NCBI RefSeq assembly: GCF_006345805.1
Contig: NW_021831664.1
Coordinates: forward strand, 1 to 39,422
Direction: 5' to 3'
Length of the DNA stretch: 39,422 nucleotides
DNA from: Octopus sinensis
Lineage: Eukaryota
Shown here: in pieces, positions 1 through 11,077 of the stretch
How positions within the stretch are numbered: the first letter of the stretch is position 1
Layout: every line of letters begins with the position of its first letter
The notes under the pieces: generated by a model
What the model was told of the DNA's origin: nothing
Seen by the model: only the letters and a program-made list of their open reading frames with translations
Databases searched by the model: none
Made by a program: the position numbers and the translations under genes

Positions 1-610
1 AGACAATGTGGATGAAAAAGGATTAATTTTGGCAGAATGATGTGAACACTAAAGGCTTAATTAGGCACAGGCTTATTTGTACAGGAAAAAAATCATTATT
101 ACTGAATACATCTGTAGTAAATCCTTCTTTTTAAATCATTGTTTGACCCTTTAGCATTCAACCGGCCATATCTGGCCAAAAGTATTCTGCCTGTTTTATG
201 TTCAAACTGTCCAGATCTGGTCTCTCACACCAACCCTACAATATCGTTTTAAAAATTAACAGCTACCTCTTCAAAATCTCATAGCTCCAAGATAATGCAT
301 GATTAGTTCAAGGCAATTTGGATAAAAAAGCATTAATTTTGGCAGAATGATGCGAACACTATAGGGTTAACAATTGCTTTCCTTTAGTAACTTAACACTT
401 TAGCATTTAAACCGGCCAAAAGTATTCTGCCTGTTTTATGTGCAAACTGGCCAGATCTGGTCTCTCCCACCAACCCTACAATATCGTTTTAAAAATTAAC
501 AGCTACCTCATCAAAATCTCATAGCTACAAGATAATGCATGATTAGTTCAAAACAATGTGGATAAAAAAGGATTAATTTTGGTAGAATAATGCAAACACT
601 AAAGGGTTAA
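1..610. mobile_element. Cluster of three copies of a TTAA-flanked piggyBac-type MITE, family A (1-60 partial, 143-370, 392-610)
   Basis: About 220-bp copies bounded by TTAACCCTTTAG...CTAAAGGGTTAA or decayed variants. TTAA target plus CCC/GGG termini are piggyBac hallmarks. No ORF. Confidence 0.8.
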
Positions 611-807
611 AAGTACTTCTCCCTTTCACGTCATCTTATATTTGTGAAGCTGGATTTTCAGCAATGGTCGGGATTAAAAGCAAACATTGAAATAAACTGC
701 AGCTCTCAAATTCTTTAAGCCTGAAACTATCCCACAATGAACCTGATGTTAATTCTATTATTGAGCGTAGCAAGAGACAGGCTCATCCTTCTCACAGGCC
801 TCACTGA
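607..807 (+). pseudogene. hAT transposase C-terminal dimerisation-domain fragment (Buster/Charlie, ZBED5/SCAND3-like)
   Basis: Manual translation from 607: LKVLLPFTSSYICEAGFSAMVGIKSKH*NKLQLSNSLSLKLSHNEPDVNSIIERSKRQAHPSHRPH*. The LLPF.S/TTY.CE.GFS and terminal QAHPSH motifs are typical of this group. In-frame TGA at 688-690. Confidence 0.85.
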
Positions 808-914
808 AGATGTAATCTGAAATAAATTTGTTAATTTCATTAATGTTTTGACTCAGTAGAGTTAAGTGGGTCGTCATAAACTGGTGTGATAAATAGTGGG
901 TCACGACTCTAAAA

Positions 915-963
915 TGTTTTTTATTGAATTTCTGCTGCTTTTAAATAAAGCATATTACTCCGG
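915..963 (-). repeat. Internally deleted fragment of the CCGGAGTAAACAC repeat family
   Basis: Reverse complement matches the start and end of 1581-1690 and 11076-11170. Confidence 0.65.
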
Positions 964-985
964 TATATATATATATATATGTGAA

Positions 986-1320
986 GGCGCATGGCTCAGT
1001 GGTTAGAGCATCGAGCTTACGATCGTGAGGTTGTGAGCTCGAATCCCGGACCGGGCTGCGTGTTGTGTTCTCGTGCAAGGCACTTTATTTCACGTTGCTC
1101 CAGTTCACTCAGCTGTAGAAATGAGTTGCGATGTCACTGGTGCCAAGCTGTATCGACCTTTGTCTTTCCCTTGGATGACACTGGTGGCGTGGAGAGGGGA
1201 GGCCGGTATGCATGGGCGACTGCTGGCCTTCCATAAAAACAACCTTGCCCAGACTTGTGTCTAGGAGGGTAACTTTCTAGGTGCAATCCCATGGTCATTC
1301 ATGACCGAAGGGGGTCTTTA
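986..1320 (+). mobile_element. tRNA-derived SINE, family 2
   Basis: A box TGGCTCAGTGG and B box GCTCGAATCC, followed by a non-tRNA body with a CORE/V-like GTGTTCTCGTGCAAGGCACTT motif. No tRNA acceptor stem. Confidence 0.8.
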
Positions 1321-1330
1321 TATATATATA

Positions 1331-1581
1331 TCAGGTGGCACGTAAAATGCACCAATCCGACCGTGGCTGATGCCAGCCTCGCCTGGCACCATTGCAGGTG
1401 GCACGTAAAAAGCACCCACTACACTCACGGAGTGGTTGGCGTTAGGAAGGGCATCCAGCTGTAGAAACATTGCCAGATAAGACCGGAGCCTGGTGCAGCC
1501 TTCTGGCTTCCCAGATCCCCGGTCGAACCGTCCAACCCATGCTAGCATGGAGAACGGACGTTAAACGATGATGATGATGAT
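1331..1581 (+). mobile_element. RTE LINE 3' UTR fragment with (GAT)n tail
   Basis: Matches 29746-29972: GGCGTTAGGAAGGGCATCCAGCTGTAGAAA...CCAACCCATGCTAGCATGG...GATGATGAT. Confidence 0.85.
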
Positions 1582-1690
1582 ACCGGAGTAAACACATAAA
1601 TGTGAAACAAGGTGGAAAAAAGAGTACTCAAATACCAAGGGTAGAGTAATATGCTTTATTTAAAAGCAACAGAAATTCAACAAAATCTTT
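1581..1690 (+). repeat. CCGGAGTAAACAC repeat family fragment, truncated before the hammerhead seen at 11182
   Basis: Near-identical to 11076-11175. Confidence 0.7.
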
Positions 1691-1904
1691 TTAGAGTCGC
1701 GATACATTATTATATATATTTTTTACGTTATATTTTGACATTTATAGGCATTTTTATGGATCACGTCCAATATTTGCAGTTTTTCACAATTCATGTTGCT
1801 CTAGGAACATAACACCCGTGACTACCAGGGGACTGCTGTGTGTGTGTGTGTGTATATCTATCTATATATATATATATGTAAGAGAACAAAGTGTACACAC
1901 GCTG

Positions 1905-1937
<33 letters not shown>

Positions 1938-1942
<5 letters not shown>

Positions 1943-2575
1943 GGACAAGAACGGGTCATTCTAAGTTTTCTATCTTCAGTCAAGAACCAGATTATCCTCG
2001 CAATTTTGGCTGATTATTCTTGAGATGGCTCCAATCTGGCCAGCCCCAAAGAAAAACTAAGCTAAGAGCATTAGATTCCTTGGAAGAAAGCATCGAATGT
2101 ATACAAAAACAAGGACGGCAAAAACAGACAACGTTACACAAATATAAATACAATAAAAATAATAACAGGACATAACAACAGGTGTCTTTTGACTAAGGAC
2201 GAATTGCAACAGGTGTCTTTCGACTAAGGACGAATTGCAACAGGTGTCTTTCGACTAAGGACGAATTACAACAGGTGTCTTTCGACTAAGGACGAATTGC
2301 AACAGGTGTCTTTCGGCTAAGGACAAATTGCAACAGGTGTCTTTCGACTAAGGACGAATTGCAACAGGTGTCTTTCGACTAAGGACGAATTGCAACAGGT
2401 GTCTTTCGACTAAGGACGAATTGCAACAGGTGTCTTTCGACTAAGGACGAATTGCAACAGGTGTCTTTCGACTAAGGACGAATTGCAACAGGTGCCTTTC
2501 GACTAAGGACGAATTGCAACAGGTGTCTTTCGACTAAGGACGAATTGAATTAAGTGGCGCGTGTGGAAATGAAGC
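1938..2575. repeat. Unclassified interspersed repeat carrying an expanded 31-bp minisatellite
   Basis: 2020-2206 recurs at 4569-4754. Confidence 0.65.
2176..2547. repeat. Minisatellite, 12 x 31 bp (CAACAGGTGTCTTTCGACTAAGGACGAATTG)
   Basis: 372 bp is exactly 12 units. Only a few substitutions and no spacers. Confidence 0.95.
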
Positions 2576-2745
2576 CTTATGGCAGAGATATCTCAGTTTT
2601 ATGATGAACATTAAAAAAGAAATGTTTACCCTCTGATGAACTTGTCATGAAATAGCTTTTGATAAATCCAGCCACCACAAGTTTTCTCGGAGCAGACTTC
2701 TGGGTTTTAATTTCAAGTTTTATTTTGCAATTTTCTTTGTAACAG

Positions 2746-2885
2746 GGCCCTGTTGGTACAACATTTAAAACAAGGCGTCTATTGCTAGAGGTCCCAGTAG
2801 TCAATCAGGATAATGAAATGGAAATGGCATTGAACTGTGACGGTGACTACATCATTTTGGAAACCCCAATTGCCATACAGATCTG
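2746..2885 (+). CDS. Candidate internal coding exon (phase 0 to 2): GPVGTTFKTRRLLLEVPVVNQDNEMEMALNCDGDYIILETPIAIQI(W/C); product unknown
   Basis: Acceptor TTTTCTTTGTAACAG (AG 2744-2745), consensus donor TG|GTGAGT (GT 2886-2887), open frame, non-repetitive protein-like composition. Confidence 0.75.
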
Positions 2886-2890
2886 GTGAG

Positions 2891-3093
2891 TTACTCTTTT
2901 ACTTGTTTCAGTCATTTGACTGCGGCCATGCTGGAGCACCGCCTTTAGTCGAGCAAATCGACCCCGGGACTTATTCTTTGTAAGCCCAGTACTTATTCTA
3001 TTGGTCTCTTTTGCCGAACCACTAAGTAACGGGGACGTAAACACCAGCATCGGTTGTCAAGCAATGCTAGGGGGACAAACACACACACACACA

Positions 3094-3133
<40 letters not shown>

Positions 3134-3303
3134 CATGTATACGACAGGCTTCTTTCAGTTTCTGTTTACCAAATCCACTCACAAGGCTTTGGTCGGCCCG
3201 AGACTATAGTAGAAGACACTTGCCCAAGATGCCATGGGGACATAAACACACCAGCATCGGTTGTCAAGCAATGCTAGGGGGACAAACACACACACACACA
3301 AAC

Positions 3304-3335
<32 letters not shown>

Positions 3336-3520
3336 TATGTATATATATAAATACATGTATACGACAGGCTTCTTTCAGTTTCTGTTTACCAAATCCACTC
3401 ACAAGGCTTTGGTCGGCCCGAGACTATAGTAGAAGACACTTGCCCAAGATGCCATGGGGACATAAACACACCAGCATCGGTTGTCAAGCAATGCTAGGGG
3501 GACAAACACACACACACACA

Positions 3521-3565
<45 letters not shown>

Positions 3566-3733
3566 ACATATATACGACGGGCTTCTTTCAGTTTCCATCT
3601 ACCAAATCCACTCACAAGGCTTTGGTCGGCCCGAGGCTATAGTAGAAGACACTTGCCCAAGATGCCACGCAGTGGGACTGAACCCGGAACCATGTGGTTG
3701 GTAAGCAAGCTACTTACCACACAGCCACTCCTG
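2891..3733 (-). mobile_element. tRNA-derived SINE family 1 (dominant octopus SINE) with the internal segment triplicated
   Basis: Tail TTACTCTTTTACTTGTTTCAG on the plus strand. Head with A/B boxes at 3660-3733. The middle segment of about 200 bp occurs three times. Confidence 0.9.
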
Positions 3734-3781
3734 CTCCTTGTTGAAGGTTTTTTTTTAAAGGGGCTCAATTATAGCATTTCG

Positions 3782-4056
3782 TGCATCATCACCATAAGCT
3801 TCTTTCGTCTCCTCAAAAGTCTCTTCTGGTGTACGACCATTCAAGTGTAAGAACCTGATCACTTATCTGCAATTAACTGCCTCCATTATAACACCTCAAT
3901 CCCCTTCAGCAGCCGTAAAAGACAAATGAATACTTGCGGAGGGCTGCAATTTACAATGTGACATGTAGAGGCACGTATGATTATACCTGTACGAGTTCCG
4001 TTTCCTGCAGTAACCAGAAGTGGGTCAGGAGAAATCTTTAATGAACACACCTCATA
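3782..4056 (-). mobile_element. Mariner transposon left end with transposase N-terminal HTH fragment
   Basis: Minus-strand TA|TGAGGTGTGTTCATTAAAG terminus at 4056. 3886-3782 translates MEAVNCR*VIRFLHLNGRTPEETFEETKEAYGDDA, the mariner HTH pattern. Confidence 0.8.
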
Positions 4057-4069
4057 TGTATGTATGTAT

Positions 4070-4466
4070 TTATGATAATGAAAGTATTGTATACAGTGCT
4101 CAGGTGCACCACAACTTGTCAGAAAGTGCGTATAAAGCCTATGCAGTAATGTACAAATGTCTGGAAAGCGAACAGTGTATGAATCAGATATATGCTTGTG
4201 TGTGTATGGAGCGGAGAAAATCAAGTGTAGTGTTGGCAAATCTCAGGAAGCATGGAAGTTTTGAGGGATGCAGTGCTCCGACAACTAACAACTGATGCCG
4301 GCAGTTTGTTCCATGCTTCAGCAACTCTCAGCGTGAAAAAATGTTTCCTGAAGTCATGGGAGCTGTGCTGTTTTCTGACTTTGTAAATATGTCCACGGGT
4401 GTTAGATGGGTGGAGTTTGAAGAGGTGCTCAGAGTTATTGTTTGTGCGATGGTTGATAATTTTATG
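4070..4466 (-). mobile_element. CR1/L2-group LINE 3' end (ORF2 C-terminus 4466-4221 plus 3' UTR)
   Basis: Translates ...SNTRGHIYKVRKQHSSHDFRKHFFTLRVAEAWNKLPASVV...T*. TRGH and FF..RV...WN.LP motifs. The 3' tail recurs at 14286-14348. Confidence 0.85.
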
Positions 4467-4471
4467 TATGT

Positions 4472-4935
4472 ACCATCATCATTGTTTAGCGTCCGCTTTC
4501 CATGCTAGCATGGGTTGGATGATTTGACTGAGAACTGGCAAGCCAGTATGCTGCACCAGGTTCCAATATGAGATTGCTCCAATCTGGCCAGCCCCAAGGA
4601 AAAACTAAGCTAAGAGCATTAGATTCCTTGGTAGAAAGCATCGAATGCATACAAAATCAAGGACGGCAAAAACAGACAACGTTACACAAATATAAATACA
4701 ATAAAAATAATAACAGGACATAACAACAGGTGTCTTTCGACTAAGGACGAATTGTTTCTACAGCTGGATACTCTTCCTAACACCAACCATTCCAAGAGTG
4801 TAGTGGGTGCTTTTTACGTGCCACCAGCATGGGGGCCAGTCAGGCAGTACTGGCAACAGCCACGATCAAATGGTGCTTTTTATGTGCTGCCTGCACAGGA
4901 GCCAGTCCAGCATCATTGGCAAAGGCCTTGCTTGA
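4472..4935 (-). mobile_element. RTE 3' UTR fragment split by the 4569-4754 repeat fragment
   Basis: 4472-4568 and 4755-4935 match the RTE tail in reverse. The insert matches 2020-2206 and has a single 31-bp unit. Confidence 0.75.
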
Positions 4936-5167
4936 TGTATGTATATATGTATTATGCATGTATGTATGTATGCATGCATGCATGTATGTATGTATGTATG
5001 TATTATGTATGTATTATGCATGTATGTATGTATTATGTATGTATGTATGTATGCATGCATGTATGTATGTCTGTATGTGGCAGACTCTCCTTTGCAATCC
5101 TATTCATAGACAATGGAAGCTATGTGTATACTTGCATGTATGTGTGTGTGTGTGTATATATATATAT

Positions 5168-6100
5168 ATAGGGAGAATTTACACAAAAAAACAAAAGACA
5201 AAAACAGGTGGTGTAGACAACAAACAGATGTATTAGTTTAATGCTTGGGAAGTGAAAAAGTCTTTAATGTTTTGACCCTACGCTCTTCCACAGAAAGGAA
5301 CAAGGAGAGAAAATATAGAATGTGTAGTGGCTAGCAATCTGTCATGGCGAATGCTGGACTGAGGGGTCACACAGGAGAGCTAGGAAGAAGGGGAGATGAT
5401 AAAGTAGTGGTGATCCCAAAACGAAGGTGCACATGTGTGTGTATAAGAGATCATTATGTGTGTGTGAAAGGGGGCTGGTGACCTTGACATGTGCATGTGT
5501 AGGTGTGTGGATGATGGTGTGGGTGCTGGGAAGTGGTCAGTGCTTGTGTGTGACGGTGGGGTGTGGGTTAGGCTGAGGGTGGGGTATGTGAGAGTGGGTG
5601 TAAGGGATGCAGTAGTGCTGGGATAGGGTGGATAGGGAAGGTGGGTTTGGAATGTGTAGGGGTGAGGTTATGAGGGAGTGGTGACGATGAAGGGAGAGGG
5701 GAAAGGAGGTGGCTAGGAGTGAAGAGAAGTAGGAGTTGGAAGAAGTAGTTGTGAGAGGAACAGAGAAGAGGAGAGGAGAGTTGAGCCCATGTGGCGCAAA
5801 GGAACGAAGAGAGAAGATTAATCCCTGTTCATAGCGAAGTCGGGAGTCCAGATGGCCCCTGTGCAAGGACAATGCGAACACAGACAGGTGTTGCAATGAG
5901 TGACCTGTAGAGCAGAAATGGCACAAGACCGGGGTGTCATCGCCGAATTGGGTGTCTCGGAGCTATTCTGCAAACTGGTCAGCCAAACGGCATCCCGTTT
6001 GTCCAATGTATAGGGAAGGGCAGTGAGAGTAGGAGATGCAGTAGATGACATTGCTAGAAGTGCAGGTGAAGGAGTCGGTGATATGATAGTGTTGATGATG
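5168..6100 (-). mobile_element. Penelope-like element 3' portion: GIY-YIG endonuclease pseudogene (6100-5765), purine-rich tract and decayed hammerhead
   Basis: One frame with one stop: ITDSFTCTSSNVIYCISYSHCPSLYIGQTGCRLADQFAE*LRDTQFGDDTPVLCHFCSTGHS...RLRYEQGLIFSLRSFAPHGLN. VIY...YIGQT is the GIY-YIG motif. Confidence 0.9.
5262..5297 (-). ncRNA. Decayed minimal type I hammerhead motif
   Basis: Minus strand: cttt CUGUGGA A gagc-guag-gguc AAAACAU U aaag. Topology retained; core changes include G12A and G16.2A, both CpG-type. Confidence 0.5.
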
Positions 6101-6424
6101 GGTGCTGATGTATGTGTGTATATATATATATATATACACACACACACAAAATTGTGTGTGTGTGTATTTTTTACTTTTTATATATTACAATATTTATTAT
6201 TTTTCTTTAATTTACAGCATTCAATCTGGTTTAATGAATGTATTCTGCTGCTGATTCTATAACCCGGGCAATTTGGACACAGATCACGAACACCAGAAAT
6301 TAAAATTTCAGTGAATATAATGAAGTGGACTGGCTAACTGACTGACCCCTAGTTTCTTCCGCTTTAACCCCTGACCTTTGCCACCTAACCCTAACACAAA
6401 CGCACACATGTCTGTCTGTCTGTC

Positions 6425-6481
<57 letters not shown>

Positions 6482-6650
6482 GTACATATATATGCATGTT
6501 TCCACACACATATACATATATATGTATATATATATATATAATATATATACACACACACACATGTACATATGTATGCATATATGTATACACACATAGATGC
6601 ATATATATATGTGTGTGTGTATACATGTATTTTTTCACACATACATACGT
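6425..6650. repeat. (TA)n/(CA)n compound microsatellite
   Basis: Direct inspection. Confidence 0.95.
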
Positions 6651-6914
6651 ATGGGGAGAGTCACTGAGAATCCATGAGTCAGAAAAAAGCAGGATCTCCT
6701 ATAACAGTCATCAAGTGAGTATTTTGATGTTTATTCAATACATTATTATAGATTCATCTCAGCCAATTTCAGAAATATTCTTCCTAGCAGCTCCTCTGAT
6801 GACTGCTGAGACTGGTTTTGTCTACAAAACTGATTAGTAAAAATCAGCTGAAATGTATCTATAATACTATATTGTATAGATATTGATATATCTTGCTTTC
6901 TCTCCATCTACATA

Positions 6915-6936
6915 TATAGATACATGTATGTATGTA

Positions 6937-6969
<33 letters not shown>

Positions 6970-7149
6970 GATAGATAGATACATCTATATATATAGATAG
7001 ATAGATAGATACATCTATATATATAGATAGATAGATACATCTATATATATAGATATATAATATATATTTATAGATTCATGTGTATATATATTAATATATA
7101 TATAGATAGATAGATAGATAGATATATATTATAGATTCATGTGTATATA

Positions 7150-7182
<33 letters not shown>

Positions 7183-7197
7183 TTATAGATTCATGTG

Positions 7198-7230
<33 letters not shown>

Positions 7231-7248
7231 GTATATTATATTATGTAT

Positions 7249-7282
<34 letters not shown>

Positions 7283-7427
7283 TTATTATATATATATAAT
7301 ATGTATATAGATATATATATATTATATAGAATATATATATATATATTTATAGATTCATGTGTATATATATAATATAGATATATATATATATAGATATATA
7401 TTTATAGATTCATGCTATATATATATG

Positions 7428-7459
<32 letters not shown>

Positions 7460-7814
7460 TATAGATATATATATATTATTTATAGAATCATGTATATATA
7501 TATAGTATATATATATATATAGATATATATATATATATATAGATATATATATATATATATATTTATAGATTCATGTATATATATATATATATATATATTG
7601 ATAGATTAAATTCATTATATAATATATATAGATATTTATAGATTCATGTAATATATATATATATATATATTATAGATTCATGTATATATATATATGTATA
7701 TATTATATATATATAGATAGATAGATATATATATATAATTTATAGATTCATGTATATATATATTGTATATATATATATAGATAGATAGATAGATATATAA
7801 TATTGTATAGATTC

Positions 7815-7853
<39 letters not shown>

Positions 7854-7909
7854 GATTCATGTGTATATATATATATCTATATATATATATATATATATTT
7901 TTATAATTC

Positions 7910-7946
<37 letters not shown>

Positions 7947-8035
7947 GATTCATGTATATATATATATAATATATATTTATAGATACATATATAGATATAT
8001 ATATACATATAGGTGTGTGTGTGTGTGTGTGTGTA
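6915..8035. repeat. (TA)n/(TAGA)n microsatellite punctuated by a recurrent TTATAGATTCATGT motif
   Basis: At least 12 copies of the motif between about 7065 and 7990. Confidence 0.9.
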
Positions 8036-8355
8036 AGTATTTTACCTTTGAATTCTGAGCTAAATTATTTTGTTCCTTATTTTTAATTCGGTGTTAAATT
8101 GTTTGATATGTGCCTTAGAATAACAGAACACAGTCCTTTGTGTTCTAACACGACAAGCAAACCCAACTCCCTCTATTTGTCTGCCTATTTTCAAGATCTG
8201 AATCTTGTTTTTTTTTTCCTCCCGTCATTTTTCTTTTTACATTAATTTCTTCCTAAAATCTGCTTTCAAATGGAAACTAATGAAATGTTGCATCCACCTT
8301 TTTGAACACAGTGTTAAAAGACACCACAATTGCCTCAAACTAACACAAAGCTGGC

Positions 8356-8582
8356 TTAACCCTTTAGTATTTAAACCGGCCATATCCGGCTATAATATTT
8401 AATCTGTTTTGTGTTCAAACTAACCAGATCCAGGCTCTCACACCTACCCTACAATGTTATTCTACATTAAGTAATTACACCATCAAGATCTTGAAGATAT
8501 GAGATAATGCATGATTAATTCAAATCAATGGGAGTCAATAGGCATTATGTTTGATTGAATAATCAGAACACTAAAGGGTTAA
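8356..8582. mobile_element. Solo piggyBac-type MITE, diverged family A
   Basis: TTAA|CCCTTTAG...CTAAAGGG|TTAA with both target copies intact. Confidence 0.85.
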
Positions 8583-9017
8583 AGCAAGCCACACTTGTAT
8601 ATCTGTTTTTTGTCTGCAAGCTTTATATAATCTTTAATTTATTTTCTTCCATTAGTCCTCATATTTCTTTTCAAATTGAAAGCAGTGAAATGATACTTCT
8701 AATATTTTGAATTTGATGTTAAAATGAGATGTGAACTTTAGACCCAAAAGCCTTTGAAGGGCTGTAGAAATTTTAGTAACAGTAATAAATAATTTATCCT
8801 CATCTAATACCAGCCAAAGTTAAATTCACCATTCAAAATAGTTTCAAAGGCAGAGGTAATAATAAGTTCTACTCAGGAATTTTTAAATAAATAGTATGAG
8901 ACTTTTTGGTTTTCTTTTCTCTTAAATTCTGGCCTTCCTTTAGTAGTCCTGTTGTTTTAGATTGATATATATATATGTATGTATATATGTAAGTATACTC
9001 AAAAGTGTTAATATGTA

Positions 9018-9414
9018 TACTCTTTTACTCTTTTACTTGTTTCAGTCATTTGACTGCGGCCATGCTGGAGCACCGCCTTTAATCGAGTAACTCGACCCCG
9101 GGACTTATTCTTTTGTAAGCCCAGTACTTATTCTATCGGTCTCTTTTGCCGAACCGCTAAGTAACGGGGACATAAACACACCAGCATCGGTTGTCAAGCA
9201 ATGCTAGGGGTACAAACACAGACACACAAACACATACATACATATACATATATACGACAGGCTTCTTTCAGTTTCGTCTACCAAATCCACTCACAAGGCA
9301 TTGGTCGGCCCGGGGCTATAGCAGAAGACACTTGCCCAAGATGCCACGCAGTAGGACTGAACCCAGAACCATGTGGTTGGTTAGCAAGCTACTTACCACA
9401 CAGCCACTCCTGCG
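9018..9414 (-). mobile_element. SINE family 1, full length
   Basis: Head, body and tail match the other copies. Confidence 0.9.
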
Positions 9415-9886
9415 TATGTATCTATATTATAATGGAGAAAGCTGCTTATTAATTAGGTATGTAATAGTCACTAAAAGTGCTAAAAGAAAGCAATTATTAA
9501 AGGGCTGACTATCTGGAAATATTTTTATAAATTCATGTTCTAAGAAATTTCCTATAATTTTGATTTCTCAAGTTTATTGAATTTTTAACTCCAATTTCTC
9601 GCAAATTTAAATATTCATTGCATCCACTGCATGCAATTCTTCCCAAATTTAAACATTCATGAATTCACGGTGAAGTATTCCATTTTCATTTGCAAAGTCT
9701 CACTTTCTCTTTTATGTTTTTATTTCAAGTTTTAATTCACCATTTGGAAACCAACGGTATACTTAATGTAAAAACATTATTCATCCATTGAAATATTTTA
9801 AAATACCCATATAATTTTGTAGTTGTGGATTTGGACAAGGTCTCCCCAATCCCTTAGAATGAGAACCCAGGTTCGAATTTCCCCAA

Positions 9887-9932
9887 GACACCCGATGGAG
9901 GCTAGAGGGTATATCAGCCGAAACGTTGTGTT
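9887..9932 (+). ncRNA. Minimal type I hammerhead motif with mutated core, in a short repeat (about 9852-10015)
   Basis: gacac CCGAUGG A ggcua-gaggguauau-cagcc GAA ACGU U guguu. Stem I 5 bp, palindromic ACGU stem III, U4C and A9G. Confidence 0.65.
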
Positions 9933-10668
9933 TCGCAACAAACAAGATGAGGAGAAATATCCATCAAATGTAAACAATGTACATAATTCCTCATCTCTTA
10001 AATATAGAACTGTATTGTTATACTATATAAAACTGGTGGGCAGATGAATCACTGTTATCTCTAGCAGTCTGTTGTCCATCATTGGTAAGACCAAGGAAGG
10101 TCAAAATCAACATGTTCTTGGTGAATTCTGTGCTGGAGATGGCAGAGTTTTATCTCTCTGCTAGCAATATAAAAAGAGTGCATTTGCACCAAAACATCAA
10201 TATAAGAGTTTCTTTTCTCGTGTATCTACCGCAGTATAGCTTGTTCTAACAGAACAGCCATGTTTAAGGGGAGATAAATATTACCTCCCAGAATTCATTG
10301 CAAAAAGGCAAGTTTAGCCTTATTTTCAATGCCAAATTTTATTTATTTACCAAAGATAGACAAGCAAATACAGAATTTCTGTATTCAAATGTTTCCTTTT
10401 CAAATACTATGTTTTCATAATATACAGTAATATATCATTTTCATAATGTCGGAATCGGCCCACAACTGAACATTAACCGATCCCTGGATCCAGAAACAAA
10501 TCTGCCTGTTTAAAGTGGTTTGTTTCAAGTTCTTGATTTTTACTTAAACCATTTTTTGTTTCAGCCTCTAATATATCTTTTTAAATTAAAATGAATAAAT
10601 ATATGTCTAATCTTTTGAACTCGAGATAAAATACGGGACATGAATGTCTCACCCCTGCCCCTATATAT

Positions 10669-10704
<36 letters not shown>

Positions 10705-10885
10705 GGAAATGAAGAAAATGCTGACAAAATATTTAAGTAAGGGAGAGTGTATTTAATTAGGTGAAACAAATCTTAAACAACTCTGGAGCCTCTTTTTTCA
10801 CATATAAGAGACAGCAAACCCAACATCAAGTCAGATAAGAGAAAAAATCTATCAGAAAGGAACTCTATCTCTCTTAAAAAAATAT

Positions 10886-10925
10886 CTTTTTGATAAGCAT
10901 AACAAATGCGCAACCGGGTAAAAAG
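10886..10925 (+). ncRNA. Decayed hammerhead motif
   Basis: cuuuu UGAUAA gcau-aacaa-augc GCA ACCGGGU A aaaag. Stems retained; core damaged (A13C, and either C3 loss with G8A or a U3:A8 pair). Confidence 0.5.
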
Positions 10926-11038
10926 AACTTTCACTAATTAATTACACTCTCCCTTACTAAATTATTTTGTCAGCATTTTCTTCATTTCCTTTTTTTTATA
11001 TATCACAACTCGTTTTCCTCCACATCTCCTTTTTTTAA

Positions 11039-11075
<37 letters not shown>

Positions 11076-11077
<2 letters not shown>

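Noticed and set aside
986-1070. tRNA gene, and likewise the other SINE heads
   Set aside because: A and B boxes are present but there is no acceptor stem or terminator, and each continues into a SINE body.
1960-1990. CUGAAGA on the minus strand of the repeat upstream of the minisatellite
   Set aside because: No GAAA with paired stems III and I follows it.
2176-2547. 31-bp repeat as a CRISPR array
   Set aside because: Units are directly adjacent with no spacers, there are no cas genes, and the context is eukaryotic.
3001-3850. Recurrent ORFs with RLPNPLTRLWSARGYSRRHLPK, here and in other copies
   Set aside because: These are antisense translations of SINE family 1. Recurrence reflects repeat copies, not a protein family.
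6217-6840. Isolated splice-like signals (acceptor near 6218, donor near 6716); also a donor near 10085 and a minus-strand 20-nt microexon near 12243-12262
   Set aside because: No matching partner site with an open, plausible frame. Such signals are expected by chance in AT-rich DNA.
10462-10500. CUGAACA...gaucc/ggauc...GAAAC motif
   Set aside because: The 3:8 pair is broken and there is no convincing stem I or III.
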